This document shows, piece after piece, positions 18,249-27,373 of a stretch of 64,000 bases of DNA (position 1 is the first letter of the stretch; the number at the start of each line of letters is the position of its first letter). Below the pieces are notes generated by a model that was not told the DNA's origin, made no database searches, and saw only the letters and a list, made by a program, of their open reading frames with translations. The stretch is from the NCBI GenBank assembly GCA_041482235.1, contig JBGPDK010000001.1, positions 759-64,758 of the forward strand, in the 5' to 3' direction. Position numbers and translations under genes: made by a program. Source of the DNA: Thermoanaerobaculia bacterium (GTDB lineage: Bacteria > Acidobacteriota > Thermoanaerobaculia > UBA5066).

Positions 18249-21017
18249 TCAGGCGGAGAGTTTCTCCCGCACTTTCGCGACGCCCAGCGCGAGCGCCGGC
18301 TCGATCTGCGCTGCGTCCTTGCCTCCGGCCTGCGCGAGGTCCGGCTTGCCGCCGCCCTTGCCCCCGACGGCGGGAGCCATGACCTGCGCCAGCTCGTGGG
18401 CGGAGACCCTCCCCACGACGTCCGCCGTCACGGCGGCCAGCAGGGTGACTTTCCCGTCCAGCTCCGTGCCCAGGAGCACCACGCCGGATTTCAGCTTGCT
18501 TCGGAACGTGTCGGCCAGATTGCGCAGCTCGTGGGCGGGGAGGGAGGGGACGCGGCGAGAGAGAACCTTCACCCCCGCGATCTCCACGATGCCATCGTTG
18601 TCGCGTCCGGAAACGTCCGAAGAGAGAGATTTCTTAGAAGGTGAATGTCCAGAGGCAGCGGCACCCGGCTGCCCTCCTGAGGCCCCCGCCAGCGCGAGGT
18701 CGCGCTTCAGCGCCGCGATCTCTTTCTCTTTCCTTCTAAGAGAATCCAGCGCCTCCTTCAGCTTCGCGGGCAGCTCGTCGGGCGACGTGTTCGCAATATG
18801 CGAAAGCTGAAGCAGGATCTCCTCGTCCTTCTGAAGCCTCTCGACCGCGTTCAAGGACGTGAGCGCCTCGATACGGCGGGCGCCGGCGGCGAGGCCCTTG
18901 TCCGAGACGACCTTGAATGCGCCGATTTCCCCCGTCCGGTTCACATGGCATCCGCCACAGAGCTCGGTCGAAAAGCCGGGGATCTCGACGACGCGAACCG
19001 TCTCTCCGTATTTTTCGTCGAAGAACATCATGGCGCCCTTTTTCTTCGCCTCGTCCATCGACATGACGGCCTTGGACACGGGTGCGTCGCGCAGGACTTC
19101 CTCGTTCACGAGGCGCTCGATCTCGCGGATTTCCCCGGCGGTCGTCTGGCGCGAGGCCGCGTAGTCGAACCGCAGGCGGTCCGGCGCGACGAGCGAGCCC
19201 ATCTGCCGCACGTTTTCCCCGAGCACTTTCCGGAGCGCCGCGTGGAGGAGATGCGTGCCCGTGTGATTCGCCTGCGTCTTGCGGCGGGTCCACTCGGGCA
19301 CGTGCATTTGCACCGGCTGCCCGGGACCGAGGGAACCACGAGAGATTCTTAGAGAGTGAAGAATGGACCGGCCGTTGGGAGCGCGCCGCGTATCCAGAAC
19401 CGTCGCGGCGCCCTCCTCGCCGTTCTTCTCCTTCCAGAGAAATTCTCCCTGGTCGGCCACCTGCCCGCCACCCTCCGGATAGAAGACCGAGCGGTCCGTG
19501 ACGACCCAACCCTGTTGGCCCGCGGTGAGGCGATCGCCACGTTCGAAGAGACCCTGCTTAGAAGGTGTAAAGAGCCCGAGGATTCGTGCGCCCTCCAGGC
19601 TCACGAAATCCTGCTCGGGATAGCCGCGGAACTCGGTGGTCCATGAAGGGTCGATCTGGTCGTCCTTCGGGAGCCCGCCCTCGTGCTCGAACTTCGACGC
19701 GCCCTTGCTGCGCTCGCGGGCAACCTCGAGTTCCTTCTCGAAGCCCGCGCGGTCCACATGGACCCCTTCGTCGGAAGAGATTTCTTCGATGAGCTCGAGC
19801 GGGACGCCGTGCGTGTCGTAGAGGCGGAAGGCAGCAAGGCCCGAAAGCGTCGTCTCGCCCAGACGGCGCGACTCAGAGATAGCCTCGCCCACGCGGTCGG
19901 CGCCGACGGACATGGTCCTGATGAAGCCCTGCTCGTCGACGCGAATCGTCTCGGCCGTCGTCTTCCCCAGCCTTCCGTTCGGGTCGTGAAGTTGAATGCC
20001 TTCGAAAAGGTGAAAGACAGGCGAGGCGAGCTCCGCGAGAAATGGCTTCTCGATGCCGAGGCGGCGCCCGTAACGAATCGCTCGCCTGATCACCTTTCTA
20101 AGAACATACCCGCGGCCCTCGTTGGACGGCAGGACGCCGTCGGAGATCAGCATCGTGGCGGCACGCGCGTGATCCGCGATCACCCGGAAGGGCGCATCCT
20201 CCACGGCCATTCCGCCCACGTACTTCTTCCCCGAGATCTCCTCGATCTTCGCGAGAATCGGCGCAAACAGGTCCGTGTCGTAGTTGTTGTTCTTGCCTTC
20301 CAGGATGGCCGTGATGCGTTCGAGGCCGGCGCCGGTGTCGACGCTCGGCTTCGGAAGAGGGGTCATCTTCCCGGAGGCGTCGCGGTCGAACTGCATGAAG
20401 ACGAGATTCCAGATCTCCATGACGCGGTCGCCGCTTCCGTTCGGGCGGTCGTCACCCCGCACGGACGGCCCCTGGTCGTAGTGGATCTCCGAGCATGGGC
20501 CACAGGGGCCCGTGTCGCCCATGGACCAGAAGTTGTCCTTCTCGCCGAAGCGCGCGACGCGTGACTTCGGCAGGTAACGCTCCCAGAGCGCGGCGGCCTC
20601 GTCGTCGTCCGTGAAGACGGTCGCCCAGAGGCGCGCCGGGTCGAGCCGGTAGCGTTCCGTGGAGAGCTCCCACGCGTAGTCGATCGCCTCCTTCTTGAAG
20701 TAATCGCCGAAGGAGAAATTGCCGAGCATCTCGAAGAACGTGTGGTGGCGCGCCGTGTAGCCCACGTTGTCGAGGTCGTTGTGCTTGCCGCCCGCCCTCA
20801 CGCACTTCTGCGACGTCGTCGCGCGCGTGTAAGCCCGCTTCTCGCGCCCGAGGAAGCAGTCCTTGAACTGGTTCATGCCCGCGTTCGTGAAGAGGAGCGT
20901 CGGGTCCTCTGCGGGGACGAGCGAGGACGACGCCGCGCGCGTGTGGCCTTTCTCCTCGAAGAAAGAGAGGAACGTCTCGCGAACTCTGCGGGACGTCCAG
21001 CCGTCGGAGGTCGCCAT
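18249..21017 (-). CDS. alaS: alanine--tRNA ligase
   Basis: LLFTNAGMNQFKD, EGRGYVLRKVIRRAIRYG and HTGTHLLHAALR, with a C-terminal DHHA1-like region. The gene carries several AT-rich repeat motifs in-frame. Confidence 0.95.
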   Translation of the reverse strand: MATSDGWTSRRVRETFLSFFEEKGHTRAASSSLVPAEDPTLLFTNAGMNQFKDCFLGREKRAYTRATTSQKCVRAGGKHNDLDNVGYTARHHTFFEMLGNFSFGDYFKKEAIDYAWELSTERYRLDPARLWATVFTDDDEAAALWERYLPKSRVARFGEKDNFWSMGDTGPCGPCSEIHYDQGPSVRGDDRPNGSGDRVMEIWNLVFMQFDRDASGKMTPLPKPSVDTGAGLERITAILEGKNNNYDTDLFAPILAKIEEISGKKYVGGMAVEDAPFRVIADHARAATMLISDGVLPSNEGRGYVLRKVIRRAIRYGRRLGIEKPFLAELASPVFHLFEGIQLHDPNGRLGKTTAETIRVDEQGFIRTMSVGADRVGEAISESRRLGETTLSGLAAFRLYDTHGVPLELIEEISSDEGVHVDRAGFEKELEVARERSKGASKFEHEGGLPKDDQIDPSWTTEFRGYPEQDFVSLEGARILGLFTPSKQGLFERGDRLTAGQQGWVVTDRSVFYPEGGGQVADQGEFLWKEKNGEEGAATVLDTRRAPNGRSILHSLRISRGSLGPGQPVQMHVPEWTRRKTQANHTGTHLLHAALRKVLGENVRQMGSLVAPDRLRFDYAASRQTTAGEIREIERLVNEEVLRDAPVSKAVMSMDEAKKKGAMMFFDEKYGETVRVVEIPGFSTELCGGCHVNRTGEIGAFKVVSDKGLAAGARRIEALTSLNAVERLQKDEEILLQLSHIANTSPDELPAKLKEALDSLRRKEKEIAALKRDLALAGASGGQPGAAASGHSPSKKSLSSDVSGRDNDGIVEIAGVKVLSRRVPSLPAHELRNLADTFRSKLKSGVVLLGTELDGKVTLLAAVTADVVGRVSAHELAQVMAPAVGGKGGGKPDLAQAGGKDAAQIEPALALGVAKVREKLSA
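18628..18650. repeat. AT-rich TTCTTAGAAGG-type motif inside alaS (encodes GHSPSKKS on the minus strand)
   Basis: gatttcttagaaggtgaatgtcc. Nearly the same DNA and peptide as 23080-23106 in the xdh large subunit. Confidence 0.5.
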
Positions 21018-21061
21018 GGTTTGCAGGATACGGGACCGGCCCGGCGGTCCCCCCGGCCCCC

Positions 21062-22240
21062 CTATCCGGGCTGGTTCGAGAAGTCGAAGGGCGAGGCCGT
21101 GTCGTGCGGGTTCAGCGCTTCCGCCGTCTCCAGAGCACCCTCCATCATCTCGGTCGCGACGTCCGACGTGGACTGGATGCCCTGCACCTTGAGCTTGAAT
21201 TCGTTCGGGTTGCTCGAGCGGCGGATCGCCTCTTCCAGCGTGATGAGGCCCGTCTTGTAGAGCTGATAAAGCGACTGATCAAACGTCTGCATCCCGTACT
21301 GCGAGGTCCCCGCCTTGATCGCGTCGTGGATGAACTTCGTCTTCTCCTTGTTCTCGATGCAGTCGCGGATGTAGTTCGTCGCGATGAGCACCTCGACGGC
21401 GGGCACGCGGCCGAGCCCGTCGGCGCGCGGGAGCAGGCGCATCGAGCACACCGCCTTGATGACGGCCGCGAGCTGCAGGCGGATCTGCTTCTGCTGGTGC
21501 GGCGGGAAGACGGAGATGATGCGGTTGACGGTCTCGGTCGCATCCATCGTGTGAAGGGTGGACATGACGAGGTGACCCGTCTCGGCGGCCACGAGCGCCG
21601 TCTCGACGGTCTCGAAATCGCGCATCTCGCCCACGAGGATCACATCCGGGTCCTGCCGCAGGGCCGCGCGGATCGCCGACGCGAACGATTTCGTGTCCAC
21701 CTCGAGCTCGCGCTGGTTGATGATCGACTTCTTGTCGCGGTGAAGGAACTCGACCGGGTCCTCGATCGTCATGATGTGCTCGGCCCGGCTCGAGTTGATG
21801 TAGTCGATCATGGCCGCGAGCGACGTGGACTTGCCCGAGCCCGTCGTCCCGGTCACGAGGACGAGCCCGCGCGTCTCTTCGCAGATCTTCTCGAGGACCG
21901 GCGGCAGGAGGAGGTCGCGGATCGTGAGGATGCGGGCCGGGATGACGCGGCAGACCATTCCGACGGTGCCGCGCTGCTGGAAGATGTTGCAGCGGAAACG
22001 CCCGAGCCCCGGCACGGAATAGGCGATGTCGATCTCGAAGCTGTTCTTGAACTTCTCCTTCTGGCGCGAGGACATGATCGAGAACGCCATCGCGATCGTG
22101 TCTTCCTGCATGAGACGCTTGAGATCCACGAGCGGGATCAGCTCGCCGTCGACGCGGATGATCGGGTGCGCGCCCACTTTCAGGTGGAGATCGGACGCCT
22201 TGCGCTCGACCGAGATCTTGAGCAGGTCGTTGATGTGCAT
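21062..22240 (-). CDS. pilT: type IV pilus twitching-motility ATPase PilT family
   Basis: Walker A GTTGSGKST plus AIRAALRQDPDVILVGEMRD. Start at M159 of the listed ORF (MHINDLLKISVERKASDLHL). Confidence 0.9.
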   Translation of the reverse strand: MHINDLLKISVERKASDLHLKVGAHPIIRVDGELIPLVDLKRLMQEDTIAMAFSIMSSRQKEKFKNSFEIDIAYSVPGLGRFRCNIFQQRGTVGMVCRVIPARILTIRDLLLPPVLEKICEETRGLVLVTGTTGSGKSTSLAAMIDYINSSRAEHIMTIEDPVEFLHRDKKSIINQRELEVDTKSFASAIRAALRQDPDVILVGEMRDFETVETALVAAETGHLVMSTLHTMDATETVNRIISVFPPHQQKQIRLQLAAVIKAVCSMRLLPRADGLGRVPAVEVLIATNYIRDCIENKEKTKFIHDAIKAGTSQYGMQTFDQSLYQLYKTGLITLEEAIRRSSNPNEFKLKVQGIQSTSDVATEMMEGALETAEALNPHDTASPFDFSNQPG

Positions 22241-22367
22241 GAGCGCCCTCCGAGCCCCTCGGGATCCCTCGAAGAATAGGCGCTTCAGGCACTTCCAGTC
22301 AACGCAGGGGTGTGACATCGAGACGCGATCTCGTTGTATATTTCCGGCTCCTTCAGGGAGGACGACG

Positions 22368-23003
22368 ATGGCCGACAGGAAGTCCCCGAATCCGCCCGAC
22401 GGAACGAACGGCGTCACGCGCCGCGGCCTGATCAAGGGAATCGCGAGCGCCGTGACCGCCGTCTCGGCCGGCGCCACGGCGCTTCTCGTCGAGACGCGCC
22501 AGGAGCTCGAAGCGGCGAACGTCTCCGGCCTGCTGTCCGTGAGCCTCACGCTCAACGGGACCGCCAGGACGGGCGGGTTCGAGCCGCGCACGACGCTCGC
22601 CGAGGCGCTGCGCGACACCTGGGGCCTGACGGGCACGAAAGTGGGGTGCGACCGCGGGGCCTGCGGATCCTGCACCGTGCTTCTCGACGGCGTGCCCGTG
22701 AACTCCTGCCTCACGCTCGTTCACGACGCCGACGGGAAGAAGGTCACGACGATCGAGGGCCTCGGGAGCCCGGAGGCCATGTCGCCGCTCCAGAAGGCCT
22801 TCGTCGACGCGGATGCTCTCCAATGCGGTTTCTGCACGCCGGGAATGATCGTCTCGTGCTCAGCGCTCCTCGCGAAGAACCCGACACCCTCGCGGGAAGA
22901 CGTTCGCAGCGCGGTCAGCGGCAATCTGTGCCGCTGCGGAACGTACCTTGGCGTCTTCGAGGCCTGCCATGCGGCGGGAAATCCGGAGGTGACGCGTGGC
23001 TGA
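22368..23003 (+). CDS. (2Fe-2S)-binding small subunit of an xanthine dehydrogenase-family molybdoenzyme, with twin-arginine (Tat) signal
   Basis: Tat motif TRRGLIKGIASAVTAVSAGA. 2Fe-2S Cys clusters CDRGACGSC and CGFCTPG ... CRCGTY. SD GGAGGA before the ATG. Confidence 0.9.
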   Translation: MADRKSPNPPDGTNGVTRRGLIKGIASAVTAVSAGATALLVETRQELEAANVSGLLSVSLTLNGTARTGGFEPRTTLAEALRDTWGLTGTKVGCDRGACGSCTVLLDGVPVNSCLTLVHDADGKKVTTIEGLGSPEAMSPLQKAFVDADALQCGFCTPGMIVSCSALLAKNPTPSREDVRSAVSGNLCRCGTYLGVFEACHAAGNPEVTRG

Positions 23004-25362
23004 AGAGAACAAAGAGGGGATTTCCGAGAAGGTGCCCGGAGCGACCGCAACAGCCGTAACAGTGGAGATAGGTCTCGTCGGTCATTCTCCTTCTAAGAAA
23101 ATCTCCGTATTTCTTCCTCCCGGCGACCCCGTTCCGTACGACAAGGTCGACCGTCCGCTGACGGGGAAGCACCACCCGCGCCTCGACGGCCCCCAGAAAG
23201 TGACCGGGCGCGCCACGTACACGCACGACGTCAACCGCCCCGGCATGCTCCACGGGCGCGTCCTGCGGTCGCCGCACGCCCACGCCGACATCGTGTCGAT
23301 CGACACGTCGAAGCTCGACGCGATGGGCGTCGTCTGGGTGAAGCCCGAGAAGAAAAAGGTCCGCTATCACGGTGAAGCGGTCCTCGCGCTCGCGGCATCG
23401 ACGCCGCAGCTCGCCGACGACGCCCTCCACGCCGTGACCGTGACGTACGGCGTGAAGCCCCACACGGTGAGACTCGTCGACGCGATGCGCCCGGGGGCGC
23501 CGCTCGTCTTCGAGAAGCCGGTCGAGGAAAAGCGCTCGGCCGGCGACGCGCCGTCCGCCGGCGGCGCCACCCCACAGCACGGCAACGTGCGAGGCCCGAA
23601 GACGTCGGGGAAGGGCGACGTGACGAAGGGTTTCGCCGAAGCGGACTCCACGCTCGAGCTGACGCTGACGACGGCCGTGCAGACGCACGTCCCCATGGAG
23701 ACGCACTCCCTGTTCGCCGAGTGGGAGGGCGATCGCCTGAAGGTGTACGCCTCGACGCAGGGCACGTTCACCGTGAAGGACGAGCTCGCGACCGTCCTCG
23801 GAATCCCCAAGGACAAGGTCGAGGTCGTCGCCGAGTACGTCGGCGGCGGCTTCGGCGCGAAATTCGGAGCCGGCGACTACGGGGTCTTCGCGGCGCAGCT
23901 CGCGAAAAAGGCCGGCAAGCCGGTGAGGCTGATCCTCGACCGAAAGGAGGAGCACCTCGCCGCCGGCAACCGCCCGGACTCGATCAACACGATCAAGGTC
24001 GGCTACAAGAAGGACGGAACCGTGACGGCCGTTCATTACACTTCGGTCGGAACGGCCGGCGTCGCGACCGGGACGGGAACCGGCTCGTTCGCGAAGAACG
24101 CGTATGGCTTCCCGAATGTCAAAGTCGAGGAGTCGGACGTCTTCACGCACCTCGGGCCGGGCTGCGCGATGCGCGCCCCCGGCCACCCGCAGGGCGCATT
24201 CACCGTGGAGGCCGCCCTCGACGCCGTGGCGGATGCGTGCGGGCTGGACCCGCTCGCGGTGCGCTTCAAGAACGACCCGTCCGAGGTTCGCCGCGCCGAA
24301 TGGGAAGCCGCCGCGAAGGCCATCGGCTGGTCACGCCGCGACGCGATCACGAGGGCCAACAAGGCCGCGGCGGCCGCGGGCCTTCCGCTCCGGCGCGGGC
24401 TGGGCTGCGCGGCGGCGGTCTGGTACAACATCGTCACGAAGGGCTCCCAGGTGCAGGTGCGCGTGCACCGGGACGGAACCGTCGAGGTCGAGAACGGTGT
24501 TCAGGAGATCGGCGGAGGCATCCGCACCGCGGTGGGACTCGTGACCGCCGAGGAACTGGGCCTCCCGGTCGAAGCCGTGAGCGTCCATATCGGCAACTCG
24601 AAATACCCCTTCGGGCCCGCTTCGGGCGGCTCCACGACGACGACCTCGCTCATCCCGGCGGTCCGGGCAGCCGCGTATCACGCGGCGCGCAAACTGGCCG
24701 AGGTCGCGGCCCCGCTCCTGGGCGCGCGGCCGGAAGACGTCACGCTCGAGGGCCGTGCCTTTCTCGCGAACGGCAAGCGGGCCGACTGGGCGAAGGTCTG
24801 CGCAAGGATGAGCGGCGAGTCGATCCTCGCCGTCGGCGACCGCGCGCCCGACTTCGACGGCACCGACCCGCGGCTCTTCGGAGCGCAGTTCGTCGACGTG
24901 GTCGTCGATACCGAGACGGGCGTCGTGAAGGTCGAGAAAGTCGCCGCCGCGCACAGTTGCGGCCTCGCCGTGTGGAAAACAGGCGTCGAGAGCCAGATCC
25001 GAGGCGGCGTGTTGCAGGGCGTCAGCTACGCCCTCTTCGAGGAGCGCGTCATCGACCTTCCCACCGGCCGCTTCATGAACCCGAACATCGAGCAGTACAA
25101 GATCCTCGGCGCACAGGACGTGCCCGAGGTCGTGACCATCGTCCTCGACCTTTTCGCCGGCAAGAACAACGCGCACGCCCGGGGGATCGGCGAGCCCGCC
25201 GTGGTGCCGACTGCCGCAGCGATCGCGAACGCGGTCTCGCACGCGCTCGGCAGCCGCATCACCGATCTGCCGATCACGCCGGCGCGCGTCCTGTCTGCTT
25301 CTCCCACCCTTCGGAGTCCGCTCCGTGCCGAGAGGGCGTCGGGAGCCGAGGTGACCGCATGA
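22996..25362 (+). CDS. molybdopterin-binding large subunit (aldehyde oxidase/xanthine dehydrogenase family, CoxL/PaoC-like)
   Basis: KVTGRATYTHDV, GGGFGAKFG, and conservation along the length. The first ~30 codons are AT-rich and contain the repeat motif, so the true start may be an internal GTG. Confidence 0.9.
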   Translation: MAEENKEGISEKVPGATATAVTVEIGLVGHSPSKKISVFLPPGDPVPYDKVDRPLTGKHHPRLDGPQKVTGRATYTHDVNRPGMLHGRVLRSPHAHADIVSIDTSKLDAMGVVWVKPEKKKVRYHGEAVLALAASTPQLADDALHAVTVTYGVKPHTVRLVDAMRPGAPLVFEKPVEEKRSAGDAPSAGGATPQHGNVRGPKTSGKGDVTKGFAEADSTLELTLTTAVQTHVPMETHSLFAEWEGDRLKVYASTQGTFTVKDELATVLGIPKDKVEVVAEYVGGGFGAKFGAGDYGVFAAQLAKKAGKPVRLILDRKEEHLAAGNRPDSINTIKVGYKKDGTVTAVHYTSVGTAGVATGTGTGSFAKNAYGFPNVKVEESDVFTHLGPGCAMRAPGHPQGAFTVEAALDAVADACGLDPLAVRFKNDPSEVRRAEWEAAAKAIGWSRRDAITRANKAAAAAGLPLRRGLGCAAAVWYNIVTKGSQVQVRVHRDGTVEVENGVQEIGGGIRTAVGLVTAEELGLPVEAVSVHIGNSKYPFGPASGGSTTTTSLIPAVRAAAYHAARKLAEVAAPLLGARPEDVTLEGRAFLANGKRADWAKVCARMSGESILAVGDRAPDFDGTDPRLFGAQFVDVVVDTETGVVKVEKVAAAHSCGLAVWKTGVESQIRGGVLQGVSYALFEERVIDLPTGRFMNPNIEQYKILGAQDVPEVVTIVLDLFAGKNNAHARGIGEPAVVPTAAAIANAVSHALGSRITDLPITPARVLSASPTLRSPLRAERASGAEVTA
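23080..23106. repeat. AT-rich TTCTTAGAAGG-type motif at the 5' end of the xdh large-subunit gene (encodes GHSPSKKIS)
   Basis: The 19-mer at 23084-23102 is identical to 2445-2463. On the reverse strand it reads TAG-AAGGAG-a-ATG and opens a 56-aa Cys-rich antisense ORF. Confidence 0.5.
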
Positions 25363-26369
25363 GAGCCTTCGAGCGCATCCAACCCGCCTCGTGGGAAGAC
25401 GCGGCGGCCGCGCTGGCAGCCGCGAAGAAGGCCGGAGTCTCCGCCGAGGCGAAGGGCGCCGGCACGGACCTCCTCGACCGGCTGAAGGAGCGCAACGTCG
25501 CCCCGGATCGCGTCGTCGACCTCCGGCGGCTCACGGGAAACGACACCATCGAGAAGTCCCCGTCGCAGGTCGCGATCGGCGCGCTCGTCACCCTGACCCG
25601 GGTAGTAGAAGGGCTGAGCGCCGAGCTCCCCGCCCTCGCGGACGCGTGCGAGGGCGCCGCGACGCCGCAGATCCGGAACGCCGCGACCCTCGCGGGCAAC
25701 CTCTGCCAGCGCCCGCGGTGCTGGTACTTCCGGTCCGCCGATTTCGCCTGCCTGAAGAAGGGCGGCTCCGAATGCTTCGCGCAGAAGGGCGAGAACGTCT
25801 TCCACGCCGTCTTCGGCAATCACACCTGCGCGATCGTCCACCCATCGGCGGCGGGCGTCGCGCTCATGGCGTACGGCGCGCGGGTCGAAACCCTCTCCGC
25901 GGGCTCTCGCCGGACGATTCCGATCGCGGACTTCTTCGTGACGCCCGAGGTGAACCTCGCGAGCGAGAACTCCCTCGCGGAAGGCGAGCTCGTCACCCGC
26001 GTCGTCGTGCCCCGGCGGGCCGGACTGCGATCAGCCTACCGCAAGATCAAGCACAAGCAGACGTTCGACTGGCCGCTCGCGGACGCCGCCGTCGTCTATC
26101 GCGACGAGGGCGGCGTGGCTCGCGACGTCAGGGTCGTGATCGGCTCGGCGGCCCCCGTACCCTGGCGCTTGAAGAGGGTCGAGGCGCTCGTCGAAGGGCA
26201 ACGCATCGACGCGGCGCTCGCGGCGAACGCGGGCGCCGCCGCGACCCACGGAGCCACGCCGCTCGAGAAAAACGCGTACAAGCTGCCCCTCGTCTCGGCC
26301 GCCGTGAGGCGCGCGCTCCTCGGGGCCGCGGGCCTTCCGGACGGCACGGAGAAGGCTCCCCAGGCATGA
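25359..26369 (+). CDS. FAD-binding subunit of the molybdoenzyme (CoxM/PaoB-like)
   Basis: AKGAGTDLLDRLKERNVAPDRVVDL FAD-binding fold. ATGA overlap with the large-subunit stop. Confidence 0.85.
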   Translation: MRAFERIQPASWEDAAAALAAAKKAGVSAEAKGAGTDLLDRLKERNVAPDRVVDLRRLTGNDTIEKSPSQVAIGALVTLTRVVEGLSAELPALADACEGAATPQIRNAATLAGNLCQRPRCWYFRSADFACLKKGGSECFAQKGENVFHAVFGNHTCAIVHPSAAGVALMAYGARVETLSAGSRRTIPIADFFVTPEVNLASENSLAEGELVTRVVVPRRAGLRSAYRKIKHKQTFDWPLADAAVVYRDEGGVARDVRVVIGSAAPVPWRLKRVEALVEGQRIDAALAANAGAAATHGATPLEKNAYKLPLVSAAVRRALLGAAGLPDGTEKAPQA

Positions 26370-26599
26370 GCGCCGACTCCTTCCACGACGTCGGGCCCGA
26401 TCCCGCCGAGCGCTGCCGCCACCTGCGCACGAAGATGATGTCCGTCGTCGTGGAGTGGGAGGAGCACGCCGCCGAGCACCCGTCCACGAGCGCGGCCTAC
26501 TGGTGCCTGAAGACGATGGGAAGCGTCGGACCCGACGACGGCCCGGCTGACCTCGACGACTGCCGGGCGGGCCGGCCCTGCTTCCAGCCGCAACCGTAG
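26366..26599 (+). CDS. small Cys-containing hypothetical protein (77 aa) between the FAD subunit and mocA
   Basis: ATGA overlap with the upstream stop. High GC3. Four Cys (C17, C47, C66, C72). No family I recognise. Same frame as mocA, separated only by TAG. Confidence 0.45.
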   Translation: MSADSFHDVGPDPAERCRHLRTKMMSVVVEWEEHAAEHPSTSAAYWCLKTMGSVGPDDGPADLDDCRAGRPCFQPQP

Positions 26600-26605
26600 G
26601 CCGCC

Positions 26606-27349
26606 CTGTTCGTCTCCGGAGTTCTCCTCGCAGCGGGCGCCTCGAGCCGCTTCGGGTCACCGAAGATGCTGGCTCAGGTCGGAAGGGACAGAAAGCCTTT
26701 GCTTCGGAAAGTGCTGGAGACCTGGCTCGGGGCGGGATTCGATGAGCTTCTTGTCGTCCTGGGAAACAACGCCAGCGAGATCAGAGAGGGGCTCGGAGAT
26801 TTCTGTTTATATGCGGCGGCTGCTGATGCAGCCGCCGATAGCAGGAAATCTGTTGGCCGAAAGCCGGTTGTCATGGGCGCGCTCCGCGCGCCGCTTCGCG
26901 GTCGCAGACCCTTGACAACCGGCGTTCGGCCGAAATCCCCTGTTCTGGTCGAGAATCGTCGCTGGCGCTCTGGGATGTTCTCTTCCGTCAAAGCCGGGCT
27001 CGCCGCGACCGACCCCCGCTCGACGCACGTCGCCCTCTCCCCCGCCGATCTTCCGTTCTTAAGCAAGAAATCCCTTCGTACCGTACTTTCAGCGGCAGCA
27101 TCACTCGACGCGGGCGGGTCGAGCCTCGTCGTCCCGACGCACGGCGGCCGCCGCGGCCACCCGCTCCTGATCTCCGCCGCGCTGCGGACGCGGGTCCTCT
27201 CGTGGCCGGACTCCGCGCGGCTCAACCAGCTCTTCGAGGAGCCCGACGTCACGGTCCACTATCTCGAAGGTTTCGACGAATCGATTCTTCGAGACGTCGA
27301 CACGCCGAGCGACCTGCTCGCGTCTCGTCCGTCCCCTTTTTCCTCCTGA
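26606..27349 (+). CDS. mocA: molybdenum cofactor cytidylyltransferase MocA-like (MobA-like NTP transferase), probable CTG start, with a 46-aa palindromic-element insertion
   Basis: The N-terminus (M)FVSGVLLAAGASSRFGSPKML is the nucleotide-binding motif, followed by VENRRWRSGMFSSVKAGL, HGGRRGHPLL and DVDTPSDL. The only possible start for the conserved N-terminus is CTG 26606. The listed ORF (ATG 26666) would delete the motif. Confidence 0.75.
   Translation: MFVSGVLLAAGASSRFGSPKMLAQVGRDRKPLLRKVLETWLGAGFDELLVVLGNNASEIREGLGDFCLYAAAADAAADSRKSVGRKPVVMGALRAPLRGRRPLTTGVRPKSPVLVENRRWRSGMFSSVKAGLAATDPRSTHVALSPADLPFLSKKSLRTVLSAAASLDAGGSSLVVPTHGGRRGHPLLISAALRTRVLSWPDSARLNQLFEEPDVTVHYLEGFDESILRDVDTPSDLLASRPSPFSS
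26801..26940. repeat. REP/MITE-like nested palindromic element inserted in-frame in mocA
   Basis: Perfect 10-bp inverted repeat cggcggctgc-tgat-gcagccgccg (26814-26837). 19-bp inverted repeat ggccgaaagccggttgtca / tgacaaccggcgttcggcc (26855-26873 / 26913-26931). Inner ggcgcgc-tcc-gcgcgcc. It encodes a 46-aa loop absent from MocA homologues. Confidence 0.6.
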
Positions 27350-27373
27350 GAGACCCTATCCTTGTCCCTGCCG

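Noticed and set aside
22915-24186. 423-aa minus-strand ORF whose N-terminal 56 aa (MTDETYLHCYGCCGRSGH...) follow a perfect AAGGAG-N4-ATG from the repeat motif
   Set aside because: The body of the ORF is antisense to the well-supported xdh large subunit and GC3 is only about 69%. The SD/ATG is noted in the findings but I did not call it as a gene.
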